Shown here: positions 12,890-25,677 of the stretch, piece by piece
Layout: the number at the start of each line of letters is the position of its first letter
How positions within the stretch are numbered: the first letter of the stretch is position 1
NCBI GenBank assembly: GCA_002633005.1
Contig: NMRA01000576.1
Span: 203,607-267,606, forward strand
Direction: 5' to 3'
Origin: Phoronis australis
Lineage: Eukaryota > Animalia > Phoronida
DNA length: 64,000 nucleotides
The notes under the pieces: generated by a model
What the model was told of the DNA's origin: nothing
Seen by the model: the letters and a program-made list of their open reading frames with translations, nothing else
Databases searched by the model: none
Made by a program: the position numbers and the translations under genes

Positions 12890-14730
12890 GTCTGACACCA
12901 ATTGTGAGAGAGCCTCGCGGCAAGATCTCTGGACGAAACTCATGTTACTAGAGAGGTTCTGTTGTCGAAAATCTCGTAGTGTCAAACGCATTGTAGACAT
13001 TTGTATTGGAAAACTTTGGTTCTATCACGATTTCAAATTATTTGAATAAAAATGCTGACCGTCTTGATTTATCGCTGTAAATCGACATCAACCATACAAG
13101 CCGCTGCTCGACACTCGACAATAAAAACGAGCTATTTTAGAAACATGGCACGTCCCGAAAATGGATAATCCAACAATGCATTTAAATCAAACATTTATTA
13201 AACGATTTAAAAATTCTGAACTCTTTTTAGCATCAAACTAATAATGCTGGAGACCCCATCATTATTTTTAGGTCTGGAAGCGTGTTATTCTAACAAAAAT
13301 GTCATTCTACACAAAATAAAGCTCGACTACATGTACATCCAAGAAAAGATGACGGCTGAATCAACGAGGATTTATATTTAATGTTAATGAGACGACAACT
13401 TATGTTGACCTTAAGACAATTTGACTTCCAATTAGTCACTTGCTGGTCCAAAAGAGTCAAGAGTAAACAGAGCATTTGGACAGAACGCGGCTGTATACGG
13501 ACAGATGCCACGAATGAACAGAGGAGTTGACAAAGTGTCAACAACTGACAATTTTTCCCTCAAAACAGACTTAAAAAGCAAAAACATTTCACTCGAACCT
13601 CTGAATGCTACATACAACTCGAAATAGCAAACTGGTTACCACCAATCCGATGATCAGAATCTACTGAAGGTCATATTTTGCTACGTAATCTTGTAACCAG
13701 AATGCATATGCTTGGCCGACGCCCCTATCGGATGTTAACGCAAAATCCTTATTTTTTTACTAGTCACCTAATGGTGAAGGATTGGAAAAAGTTCTTCCAT
13801 TCTTCAAACATGGGAACGAGAGATTACTCAGGTTTGGAATACCGCTTTAGCGCTACTTGACATTAAAATGTTGATCATTCGTTTGGCTTTAGCCCACTTC
13901 TATTGATTTTTGGCGCTACGTGCACGTAATAAATTGTGCATGCTTCTGTAGTGTTTTGTATTTCCTACACGTTAACAGTAATCACAGACTTGTTGTTGAC
14001 CACGCCATCAACTCATGGATAGAAATAGGCTTTTTTTCTTCGCTACTGCTATCTGCTGTTGCTACATGTACATATCGTGTGCAGTATTACTGAGAAACGA
14101 AATTTCTGGAGGATATGGCCAAGACGACGGTGCACAAAGGTCAACCTGCATGTCAGCAGAACATACATTATACTTAAAATTTCATCTCAAGCCAGGTGAA
14201 TTGTAAAATATTTGAACATGGTCACGAAATGTAATTGTTTATCGGTTTACTTTGAACTTGTGATTGACTTTTTGAAGTTAATCAAACAATACTGCAAACG
14301 GAGTGCAGTCAATATCAGCCATCAAGAAGAAGTGAAGTAATTGCTACCTTACGTCTGCCTGTACCTCTCTACGACAACCAAAAATTCAAATCTTGTTCAG
14401 TGGAAAATTTATTACGGAAATAAGCTTAGCTGCGACGCAGAACGTAAACACTCTTCTCAGTTTGAGTTACTTGTATATTCTTTCTGTAAACTGTCGGTAC
14501 TAGAATACCTCCAAATTGTTGAATCCGTTGCATTGTCAGGCTGCAATAGTACTCTCTTGGAAGTTGCACCCACTACCGACGCCTAAGCTGAACTTTGTAA
14601 GAAATATGACATCAATTCTTTTCCGTTGCGAACAAGAGCTGCTGACGTCGTATTTATAAAATATCAACGACCTATACATGTACATTACAAAAATTCTTTA
14701 GTCATTGACTATAGGATAATTCGTTCCAGG
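12890..14730 (+). pseudogene. Probable decayed start of a large exon with CUB-like segments; alternatively a short terminal exon GLTPIVREPRGKISGRNSCY* of gene A
   Basis: Strong acceptor ttttctcgttttcag|GT, compatible with the phase-1 WSC donor; frame stays protein-like through scattered stops (ENFGSITISNYLNKN...KWII; DYSGLEYRFSAT ~13822-13857; LCKK...VVFIKY...LVIDYRII ~14594-14722). Confidence 0.35.
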
Positions 14731-16280
14731 AAACCAACCAGCTTTAGATTTTTGGAGAACTGTATGGGCAAAAACACGGTTCTATTTGCCGGAAACTGCT
14801 GCAAGTTGATATTAGCAGGATGGATTCCCATTAAAAATCGTAACGCAAGAAACATTTGCAGTGAGGTTGGAGGTCATCTATTTCGGATAAACACAAAAGA
14901 CGAACATGAATTCATTCTCTTTGTTATGAAGACCAAGTGGAAGCGTGCTATGCATTCAATTAATTCATACTTTGGAATTCATTTAGGCGTGTTTTGAAAG
15001 CCGAATGGAACTTATCAAGGATCTTATGGGAATCCGGTTTGGTTTTCGCATTGGTATCACGTAGGCGATGACGCAAAACCTTATTTGAAGGTGTCATATC
15101 AAACTTTTCCGAATGATATGCTGAAAGTTATCCCTGGGACTCAAAACCAGCCAGTAACTTAGTCCAGTAGCGAGTGCAATTGATGGTTGTGCAAAATCCG
15201 TACATCGGTGATAATTGGTTTTCCATTCCCTGTAGTTACCCAATCCGCTCTACTACAATAATATGCGAAATGGAGAAGGTTTCAAATATTTCCGAAAACA
15301 GGCGAATTGTAGGGCTTTGTGGATAACCAATTTTAATTTTAAAACGTGCCTTCTTGGCTGGACATACCTAAGTGGCAGATGCTTTCGTTTGGTTACAATA
15401 GCAGATGCAAAACACATATTGAGTTTCCCAACTGTACAGGAACAGTGGTCAAAACTCGGTGGAATTTTGGCTGATCCTGATACAAGAAGAGCAAACCGAA
15501 TCATGTCATTTTGGACGATTCGGCCTGAATATGGAAATGTGTTTATAGCAACTTATACCACAACAAAATGCAGGATATTATACTCACAACGCCCAGATAG
15601 TGTAAGTAGACTGTATGGTGACAACATATATGTGTGTGGCATATATTGGAATTACCGTGTAACGCTACATTCCCCGGGCATGTGTTGTGCGAAACGAACT
15701 CGACCAACGTCACTTCTAAGTAGTGCCGACAAACACAGTGGGCATGTGAAGATGGTACATGTATTTCAGCAAAAAGTTTCTGGGACGGCAATCTCGACTG
15801 TACTACTGGAACTGATGAACCTGGGATTGATATATGCAAATGCCAGTCTTTCAGTAAATATAGAATGTATAGTAACAAAAAATCCCATTTTTCTGAACAT
15901 AAGGTGACGTCTTTTAAGTTTTGGCATGAGGTTCAGCACACAAGGAACTTAGATTTCGGTATTTCATGCAGATATATTAATTACATGTTAAGTTTTTCTT
16001 ATCATTAACCTTTCCCTTCGACTATGCTTAATTTGGGTTTTTGCTGCAGATCATTCATAACAGTTATGATAACAAGATTTTGCTCCTTTAGTATATTTGC
16101 ATATGACTTGACTGGTATTCGACACTTGCTGGCTTATTGTATATATTGTCCAGGTGATATTTTATGAATAGAAGAAACGTTGAATCAACATGGACTTTTT
16201 ATTTGTGCGGCGATTGTCCGATTTTTGATCTTACTGTGGCCAAATGTTTATGGAATTAGTATCAAGACGTTTCGTTATTA
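14731..16280 (+). pseudogene. GRL101/RXFP-like GPCR pseudogene: C-type lectin x2 + LDLa + 7TM fragments, no introns apparent
   Basis: CTLD1 NCMGKNTVLFAGNCCKL...ARNICSEVGGHLFRINTKDEHEFI...WFSHW...NWFSIPC; CTLD2 CLLGWTYLSGRCFRL...KLGGILA; LDLa CRQTQWACEDGTCISAKSFWDGNLDCTTGTDE (~15724-15820); TM2-like FLIINLSL (15995-16018); TM3-like AAIVRFLILLWP (DRF to VRF, ~16207-16242); in-frame stops and frameshifts, LRRs not seen. Confidence 0.75.
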
Positions 16281-17024
16281 TCATAGCTAATGCTACTGTA
16301 ACGGTGTTGAACAGCTTGTAACTTCCCATAACATTAAAAAAGCGTGGGCAAGTTTTGATACCAATTTGGTGAACTATATCCAAAGTGATTCAATCAACAC
16401 ATATACAGTATTGCTCTGAAGTTGTTTTCGATAAAGTGCCACTATATTTCTTCCGCACCCTTTTATCTTGGTCGTGGATTCCCACCATTGTCAGGGCAAT
16501 TGCATTTTCAAGAACCCACTGAATTACATAACCGTCACACATGTTGGCTTCTACAGGGTGTACAGTGTATCTGAAAGGCGATGACACTTATCTTTCTGGA
16601 CGTCTTGTAGTGCATGTTTTTAAACAAATTTGAGTCCAGTTTTTTGCGTTCACGTATTCACCTGCCACACTCTTCGACCCCATACGCCTCCATCCACGAC
16701 CCAATAAAACCACAACACCTTCGACCCACGACCCTTCGACCCTTTCATGCCTCGACGCGTGTACATTTAACTAAAGGCGGGTTCAGCTCCGTCATGTTAT
16801 CGACTCACCTTCGGTGTGTAAAGCTGTACAAAACGGCACAAGAAGCAGTAGCTAGGCAACCGCATGTTTCAAACGCACCATAAACAAATCGTACATTATA
16901 CATGTATATAACCGAACCAGGAACAACGTACCATTGTGACAGAAATGGCAGACGGACCTCCGAAGCAGCTAAAACTGACTTATCCTCCGCAATAATCGGA
17001 CGTTGCAGGCTCAGTTTACACGAC

Positions 17025-18672
17025 CAAAACTTCTTTAATGTTTAACCTATAATCATGATTTTCGTATCCACGTCTTCACTGGGTGTATAGAAACTGATCT
17101 GTGCTGTTGCTTCTGCATACCATCATCCAATTTTTCATTAATTGATTTTGATGTTAGAGTTCTTTTTCCGACTTTGGTACCAGTCGCTTACCCGAACAGT
17201 GACGTCATAAGAATTCATGACACCTACCGGCGATTGTGTGTTCTTATTTACGGGGTAAGGAACGTTTCATCCTTTGAAGTGTTGACGGATTTTTTCCCAG
17301 AGGAAAGTAAAGCTTCCTCGTTTTTAACTTTTAATACACATTCCTTGAAATATGAGTATCGAAGGATAATTTAATTAAGTTGTAAAATTGCCCATAATGA
17401 AGATGATGGCTATCAAACAGTGTGTTATTGAAATGGAATTTGGGATGCACAACAGATTTACAGAGTTTTTCACTAATAAAGCCGGACATCGAGAATCCGA
17501 ACTTGAATTTGCACTTGACAGCGTATTGCCAAAGAGGGCATGATCTAACCATCCACAAAAGATTATAAAACGGGTTTGTGAAAGCGTCTGTAAACACAAA
17601 CCAACGTAGTCTGCTGGCTGTAAAAAATTTTCGACGCAAACCACTCAACATGTTGCAAAACCAATATGCTTAAGAAAACAACGTACTACACAACTTGCAA
17701 TATAAATCTGAATGTCTCGTTAGCCTGTTTAGACACTGCAACAATTATGTAACAATTTTTTTTGAAGTCCAGTTGTAGACAGGTTGGATTAAGCATTTTC
17801 TCACGCTTTGCTTTGACAGCACATAACTAGCCCGAGAGTAATCCGCAGTTTTGCGTACGGTACACAGGTCTTCTATAAAATGACGCAAATGTTCATGAAA
17901 TATCGGGCGCGCCCTGTTGCAGCATTTTTGGTTGCGTACTTCATCTGTACATATATCTCATTGGGGTATTATGAAACTTTGATTTCCATTCAGCTCGCCA
18001 ATGAAGCCTCCAAAGGCGGTACCAGTGGACAATGAAAAACTGTAAATGTCATTTAAAACTTTTGGGAGTTTTCGGGAGTTGAATGGAGCGGTCTTAAAAA
18101 CCAAAAGTACGAAACCAGTAGACATGGGCAGGTGATGATCTTTAAAGCTGCGAATAAGTCAAACGAAACTGACGAAACGAGCTTCGTAATGTTTCGGTCA
18201 CATGAAACTTCCCACCAAGTTTGACAACTTTGGGGACGTATAATGACCGATGGTTTGGCGCCAGTATGGCGTCGGTGTCAAATACCACTCAATCGTTTAT
18301 ACTATTCTGGTGAAAATGACATCGTTGTGCTAGGTTTCCATTACAATACGATAAATATTGTTCTCCCGGTGATAACATAATATGCCAAGAGTTTCCTTCC
18401 GCGCCTCTTGACATTGTGGCAAATCCTTGACGTTTCCTTACCCTGTAAATGAAAACACTCAATCGCCGGCAGGTGTCAGGCATTGATCTGACGTCACTGT
18501 GCGGGTAACCGACTGGCCACAAAGTCGGCAAAAGAACTCTGTTTTCAATGGCAAATTATTAATAATTGCATGAAAGTATGGCAGAATTACCAGCACAGAT
18601 TTAATTCTATACGCCATGTTAACATGTGGATACTAAAATCATGATTCTATGTTGAGAATTAAAGAAGTTATG
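17025..18672. mobile_element. Non-autonomous DNA transposon-like element with ~250-bp imperfect inverted repeats
   Basis: ~17025-17270 is the diverged reverse complement of ~18428-18672 (e.g. agagttctttttccgactttggtaccagtcgcttacccgaacagtgacgtca vs agagttcttttgccgactttgtggccagtcggttacccgcacagtgacgtca); exact ends not defined. Confidence 0.75.
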
Positions 18673-19442
18673 ATGGTTTGAAGTGGGACTACTCCCGACT
18701 AGTTCCCTATCCTCCTTACGTTCCATAGCAGAATAGGAATGCCTGCGATGGACAGGAATTACAAAGTATTTTTCAGTGTGGTTAATCAGAGTGGCCGGGA
18801 AAGTTGGCCTGCGAGCTGCCACTTGCTCTGTCTGCGCAAGACCTGCTATGCGGAGTCTTAAATCACTGTGTTCGTCCACTGTAACAATATCTCATGCAAC
18901 CATAGATATTAGTATAGAGATTTGCGAATCAGGGAAGTCTCGCGGCCTAACGCAAAAGTACGTGAGCAGGATTCAAAACTTCCGGTCTCATGGCTAAGCA
19001 TAGTAACGAAGGTGAATTTTCATTTTTATTTCGCGCACGTCAGGCAAATTTTTGAGTTTGAAATTAATTCGTTGTGTTTAATGCAAACTGAATCGCGTAT
19101 GCGAGCCATTCAAGTCGAATTATTGGTACGAAACGTGTCGGAATTAACAAGTTGTTGATCGGCCCGCTTGCTGGCACAGTTCAACACACGAATCGAGGAG
19201 TTTGGCCCAATGAAGAGATTGAGCTAAATGGATAATTCTTTTTAACAGTTGAATTCTCAGTCATTTACGATGATATTTAGTTTAAGTTTTGTGATTTTGT
19301 ATGAATTTTGGATCGGCCTAAATGCAGTTTCCCATTCTTTAGTCATTCTTTGCAGTATTTCACACCCGCCGTGTCTCACTGTGTGTGCCGTCAGCTTATA
19401 CTCTGTGGTGGCATTACTGCGTCATTTTATCTTCACTTGAGA

Positions 19443-19766
19443 ATGAAACAAGTATGTTTCGAAATATCGTGTGTCTTTTTAATTATGTCGTTAGGTCAGT
19501 TACTGTATCTATGTTCAGCAGAGAGTAGAGTTTTGTTCAGAAAGTATGAACGCAACGGAATAAAGACCGTGAAAAATGAAAAGTGTCGTGTATTCAACAA
19601 ATTCTGTATAACAGAAAACTTGCTCCCGAAGTACAGTCAATTCGTCAATATGTTTACTATACATAAGGCATGGTTTACCAATATATCCAAAATTAAACAA
19701 GAGCGAATTTTTTATGATTTTCAGGAGCTCATATATATTAGCATGATGAAAAGTGGTGGAAAATGA
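19443..19766 (+). CDS. Possible ORF or first exon starting with a signal-peptide-like segment
   Basis: MKQVCFEISCVFLIMSLGQLLYLCSA|ESR then ~80 open codons; no recognisable domain. Confidence 0.2.
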   Translation: MKQVCFEISCVFLIMSLGQLLYLCSAESRVLFRKYERNGIKTVKNEKCRVFNKFCITENLLPKYSQFVNMFTIHKAWFTNISKIKQERIFYDFQELIYISMMKSGGK

Positions 19767-19933
19767 AAAGTATGCCATCGAAATATTAAAACTTTCTTCT
19801 TTATATTGATATCCGTTTCAACAAACGGGGGCATTCATGAATATTTTTAAAAATCGAAGTACTGCAGCACTTGAGAATGGGATAAATTTTCAGTAAATGG
19901 CTGTTACTGAATCGATTTTATGATATGTATATC

Positions 19934-20089
19934 CAGGGGCGGATCCAGGATTTTGCGTTAGGTGGAGCAGAGCAGAGTATTAGCCAGGATTTTGTCGCTC
20001 AGACATTGGCACTCCCGACCTGCCAAATGGAATCTGGGGGAATTTTAGGGGGGTGTATCCCTATTGGCCCCCCTCTAAGTCCGCTATTG
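19934..20089. mobile_element. Short MITE with CAGGGGCGGA...TCCGC termini
   Basis: caggggcggatccaggatttt ... ccccctctaagtccgctattg; GC-rich island in AT-rich DNA; related type at ~12133-12283. Confidence 0.55.
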
Positions 20090-20759
20090 ATGTCAAACTG
20101 CTGCTAAAACATCTGCCTTAAGTGTACACTTTTATTTGTTTTTTTTTTGATAAAGAATGAGAAAATGTAGTTTTTTCTAATTTAATGCCTTTTCAATTTC
20201 TAACCTGGAAAAATCCTGCAAGTGTACTCTTCCAAAAAGGTAAATTCAATTTGATTGGTCAAATGGATTAAACAGAACCAGTCAAATCTTCCCTAAATTA
20301 CATAAAGTGACCCGAATTGGTGAAATATTTTCATTATAACAGTACAGAATATTTTTAAAATTCAATTTATCTTTAGTTTTGGGAATAGATTCAGTCTATT
20401 TCTTCATAAATAATTTTGTTACATGTTTTCTACCTTGTGGTGCTGTGATCAGTTTCATTTAAAAAAATATATATTTTGTATTAAAATATGTGTTTATTCA
20501 TGGCTGCAGTACATCAAAACCGTTTAAAATACAAGTGTGCTCTTTTTGGATGGTCACTAACACAACGCCTCTCAATTCTTATATTATAGGACAGGAATGA
20601 AATTGATTTAAATTCCATTAAAATTTTATTGTCTAATTTAATTTTGTTTAATTAAAAATGCACATGATCATTTTATCATGTGGTCCGTAACTTAAGATTG
20701 TAAAAGCATTGATGATCAATGATACATAATGTATAGAAGTAAAATAAATGGATCCATGA

Positions 20760-20915
20760 AGAAAGGAAGCGCTTTTTTAAGTGATAGTGGAATGTATATT
20801 TTGACGCGGTGAAACTCAAAACCAGTGGCCGGATTTGGCCAGACGAAATGGTACAGAAAGCGATGGGAAGTATTCTAGCCCCTAACCGTACAACCGAGGC
20901 GCTACGTGTTGACTA
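20760..20915 (+). repeat. Dispersed repeat, second copy at ~59775-59968
   Basis: Shared blocks ttttgacg(c/a)ggtgaaa, gtacagaaagcga..ggaagtatt.tagcccct, caaccgagg.gctacgtgttg. Confidence 0.75.
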
Positions 20916-21154
20916 GCCCATGTCCTACCAGCCCCGTTGATAGCCTTTATACCTCGCCGCCGGGTCTCATCCCCAAAGCAGACGGCGATTGTCACAAGAA
21001 ATCCCAATTATACCCAGGGAAGGGGTGAAATGGCGAGGGATTGGTTTGGGTTTGAGGGATCGAAAGAAATCAGCCGTTAGAGAATCCATCTGTGGCTACA
21101 AATAATAAATAAGGGAAGTATCGTTTGTCCAGGGCAATTGACGACGAACGGGAA

Positions 21155-21780
21155 GGAGTCTACTAGGTATAAACTTGTCTAATTAGGAAAACTTACGAGT
21201 GAATGTACTGTTGCTTGAGGTTAGGCCAAAAGGAAGCTGGAGAGAAAGAACAAACAGCGCAACCATCGGACTTTGTAGAAACTAGTCAGGAGTCGGATAT
21301 GAAGCATGAAGTACTCTGTAATGGTATTTGCCCAAATAATAGGATTACATGTTTGTGCCGAGAGCTGTTGCCGGGGTGGAGAGAAGCAACCTGCAGTAGT
21401 GGATGCTCGAGTACAGGTCGGGTCGCTAGCCAGTGACGTCGATTCTTGCCTGACAGTTAAGGCTCCGGGCTTGAAGAAGGTACTAACAGTGACTTTAAAA
21501 CAAAATAACCAACAGCACATTTTGTTCGACAAAAGGGAGGGAGCGTGAAAAAGGTATAAATTGGTTGACTTCGTATACCCAGGGTAGGGAGTTTAGGAGA
21601 GGTATAAAATGTCTAATTTAGGAAACTTATGAGTGAATGTACTGTTGCTTGAGTTTGGGCCAACAGGAAGCTGGAGAGAAAGAACAAACAGCGCTACCAT
21701 CGGACTTGGTAGGAAATAACTAGGAGTTGGGTATGAAGCTTGATGGGCTGTGTAATAGTATTTGCCCAAATAATAGGATT
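21155..21780 (+). repeat. Pair of ~190-bp diverged direct repeats (21155-21346 and 21588-21780) around a ~240-bp spacer
   Basis: gagtgaatgtactgttgcttgag...ggaagctggagagaaagaacaaacagcgc...tatttgcccaaataataggatt present in both copies. Confidence 0.85.
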
Positions 21781-22211
21781 TAAGTCAGAGTGCCATGAAT
21801 CTCATTGTTAAACATAGGCAAAATATTATTTCGGGCGTCAAATTTGTATTGCCTACATTTAATTAAAACGCCCCTCACGAAGGCGGCTAAAACTGTGGCT
21901 TCATTATTTAATGTAGATGCCTCGTCACAGGGCAGCCAAAGAGCGGCCTGTTACATTAATATAGAAGTCCCTGCCCCATTATATTGCTACAGTGACTGAG
22001 CAAGCATGCTATACTTCATTTTAACGCTCTCGGTATCTCGAGATCCCTTCTTAAACGAGCATGTCTTAAAAACGATGTACATGTATTTTACATTTACATA
22101 AATCGACCGTTCCTGTCCAACTGTTTTACATGGCAAACAGAAAAATGTGTGGATATTAAAATTTAGCATGTGCTGTTATGAGATATCACCGTTCAATTGG
22201 AGCAAATCTAG

Positions 22212-22305
22212 TTACTCTGCGCGGGTAAGCGCAGAGTACTGTTGTTCCTGGGTTTTCTTCAATTTTGTTCTTCTTAGTCTTCTTATTCTTATTCTTCTTC
22301 CGACC
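22212..22305 (+). mobile_element. Helentron/HINE-like head: hairpin plus (TTC/TTA)n microsatellite
   Basis: tactctgcgc-gggtaa-gcgcagagta stem-loop followed by ttcttattcttattcttcttc; same head is tandemly repeated at 26700-27076 (-). Confidence 0.6.
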
Positions 22306-24165
22306 ATTTTTAAGCCTTAAGAACTCCTAATTGGGTGCAGGTACGGTCTTCAAATTCAGCATATGACTTTTGACAGTTTATAAATTTTATTGGTTAGCTA
22401 ATCATATTCCAAATTGCACCGGAAGAGGTCGTTTGGTGCAAAGGTCATATAATTTTCAAAATGCTACTCCTGCTTCACTTATAAAGCTATCTTTTTCAAA
22501 TTCGGTGCACAGGTATAAGTCACCAGGACAATTTAAAAAATTACTTTTCTAAGTAATCGGGTCATCCAATCAGGTGAAATAGGTCAAAGGTCATTAGGTA
22601 CAAACTAAAATTTTGAGTAGACACTTCAAATTGACAGGTCTGATTGTTACAGCTAAATCAAACATGAATCCATTTTTTATTTATTAAGCCAACATGATTC
22701 AACTATTTACCATAATAAGTAACTTAAAATGCACAATACTTTACAAAATTTAAGCACTAAAAACACTATTCAACAGCACAAGTTCCCATGATGTGAAAGT
22801 GGACATACATGTAACCTTTTATCATGGTGACCGAATAGTGTTTCGTTACACCAGAACTTGTCAAGCCTGGTTTAAAAAAATATGAAGTTGCAAGGAACAA
22901 GAAGTGGAGGCTTGAAGTCTCACAATCCAACATAGCTTATTTCTCTAATTAAGATTCTTCTTATTGTTCACTGGACAACCTGAATTAAGAAAGCACTAAG
23001 TTAAAAACATGACTTGAAAGCAATTTAGACTTAAAATTTTGAAAAAATGTGAATCATTTTGTGACACCTAATCAAGGCTTGAAAAGCAATTGACTGTCAA
23101 AAAACTTTTCAAAATGATTTAAGCTATTTTTAGCTTGGTGTAAGATCACCTGAATGGGAAATTCACAGTAAAATAATAATATATCTTATACTTTTTGCGC
23201 AAGAACACAAAAATTGAACAAAGTTCCTTTTTTGTAGCAACTTTTTTAAAAATGTATCAACGTAAATCTTCACAAATTACAAAGTAAAACGATGAACATT
23301 CCCTCCAGTTCAGCAAAAGTCGCCATGATTTCGGTGCCGCCAGAAATGAGACTAAGCCCACTTAATAAGTAACAACTGCGAGGCTGAAATTTGATGAAAA
23401 CTGTTGGATACCCGCAAACTAGTAACTAAAGATGTGTTTCATTAAATTTCACCGTAAATTGTTGGCAAAAACAATTTACACAAAGTTTTATGGAGAATGC
23501 CATCCAAAAATTAACCTACATTGTATCAATTTAGATGGAGTAGTTCAACTCAATAACGGCAAGTTCGGTTGCGTAACCTGACGCCTGACGGCAGACGGAG
23601 GTGTTGAAATTATCCCATGACGTATTTGGTTTCACACGCAGTCTGTTCAGCAGTTCACAACACGGGTTAGTTGTGTCAGCCCATCGCTTGAATTCATCGT
23701 TTAACACCAATAAATCCTCAAACTTCGATATAAAACAATTAACAATATACCGAATTCTTATAAAAACGTGTTGTTTTATCTTGATGTTACGGATTTACTG
23801 GTATTTAGGCACACCGTAGCCAATTTACTTAGGTCCTTAGCAGGGGATTGGGGTCTGTTCGGAAATAAATTCAAAATATTTTTCCGTGAAATACAGACCG
23901 GAGAACCTTGATCTTTGTTATTTATACTTGTGATTTTTTTTAGTTCTTAAGACAAAAAACGCTCGTTATCCCGGCCAGTGGCTCGGAACACGGTCAGGCC
24001 CGTCGCGGCCGTACTGACTCGTTATCCAGGTCACTGGCTTGGAACCCGATCAGGTCCGTTGAGGCCGCCGGGACTGGCATGAACATAAACCAGCTTGAGT
24101 TGGAAACTAAACCTCCAGTCACGAAAAAACTATTGTAGTGAGCCAAAGAAATAATGTGCACGATG

Positions 24166-25108
24166 TTATTCGTGTAAATTAGCCACGGAACTAAAAATCA
24201 AATTACTTGTCAGGGGCCGCGAATTCGGTTTCTCCTTCCACAGACCGTCACGGCCAAGGTTGTACAGTAACGATGATCGAGTAATTGTTTCACAACAGCT
24301 TTCTGTCAACAAACACTGAATTAGCATGCACTCACACGGTGCCCGATCAAATACCTTTGGTGCCAGCATCAAAAGCCGGTAATGCAGTGGTTTATTCATG
24401 GCTGGATTATCAATACATTTGCACTCACGAATACTCAAAAACATTATAAATTGTATCTAATGATACAGACTTTGTTTCAGTTTGTATAAACATTGGTTAG
24501 GATGAGGATAATTAATTTTGAAGCAGAACGCAGAATAATAAACGTATTATATGTCAACTCCCCCGGTGCCAATCCCGACATAGTCAACAGCTCATCCGAC
24601 GAAGTTTTCACGGGTCGGATCCTTAGGTTTCACACGCTATCAGTTCGATCTCCAATACACTGATCTCTAAATAAGAAAAAGGTGCTGCCAACATCCACAG
24701 GCAACGGAACGTATGGAGAGTTCAATGGTAAGCCGGAATTTGTCAGATAAATCACTGTCCGGTGACGAATTGCCGGCCATAGACACCGAGATGTTGCACC
24801 GCCTCATATTTGCTATTAACAGCGTACTTTTCATTCTTCACTTCCGGGAGCCACTTCATAAGTATTTCGGACTCTCGAGGAAGTTGCAAAAACGATATAC
24901 CCGCTTTCTTCGCAGCTTCATAGTTCGAAAGCGTGAAGGATGCACTGCAATATATTGACATTCACTCTGCAGATAAACCACTGACGTAGCTGCGTCGTTT
25001 CTTACTTTCTTCAAATGTTAACGCGACACCTCTCGGCAAGATGAAGTCGACCCTATCAGATGCAAAGTGGATATAGGCCGATTAAGACGGTAAAAAGAAT
25101 AATTAAAT
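24166..25108 (-). mobile_element. Degenerate THAP-encoding DNA transposon (Kolobok-like)
   Basis: ORF 24961-24752 MSIYCSA...GISFLQLPRESEILMKWL is THAP-like; upstream end reads TTAA-like site plus AGGAGAGTGTCACTCG on -; Cys-rich CEC...TESCCE downstream; left boundary uncertain. Confidence 0.5.
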
Positions 25109-25677
25109 CGAGTGACACTCTCCTTTAAAATGAAACTAAGCCCTGTTTCGATGATTCCAACCAATTTTTGTCACCTGCTAAGCCATCACTAGTGCTACTT
25201 ACGAAATATAATGAAACTATTTGATTAAAAGTCATAGGCTCCCAACCTCACAAATTGGACATATTGGTCCTTAGTGGGTGGTGTTTTCCCGAACTGGCCG
25301 TGTTATTCGCTACTGCCCAATTAGTAGACTTTGAGAGGAGTTTCTAATTCTCTTCAAATTTTTGAGGTCCGTCGAAAGTTACAAACCATCATCTTGTTTC
25401 AGGAACTAGTTTGGAAAAACGGTCTTTGTATCTGTTATAAAAAAACACTTCTGTTTTTTTTCTAAAATGTTGGTGTTTTACAAGCATACATTTTGAAGAA
25501 CGATTGCCCATTTGTTTGGAGAATGAGATCGGTTATTCGCCTAGGAATTATTAGGAAATCTGAGTTCAGAAATGACTCTTGCTTTGCCATTACCAAACAG
25601 GATTCTTACCTTGTCTGAGTCAACTTAACATTTGCACTTGTATAATAATGTACTAAAATGGTTTTCTGTAAATTCAG

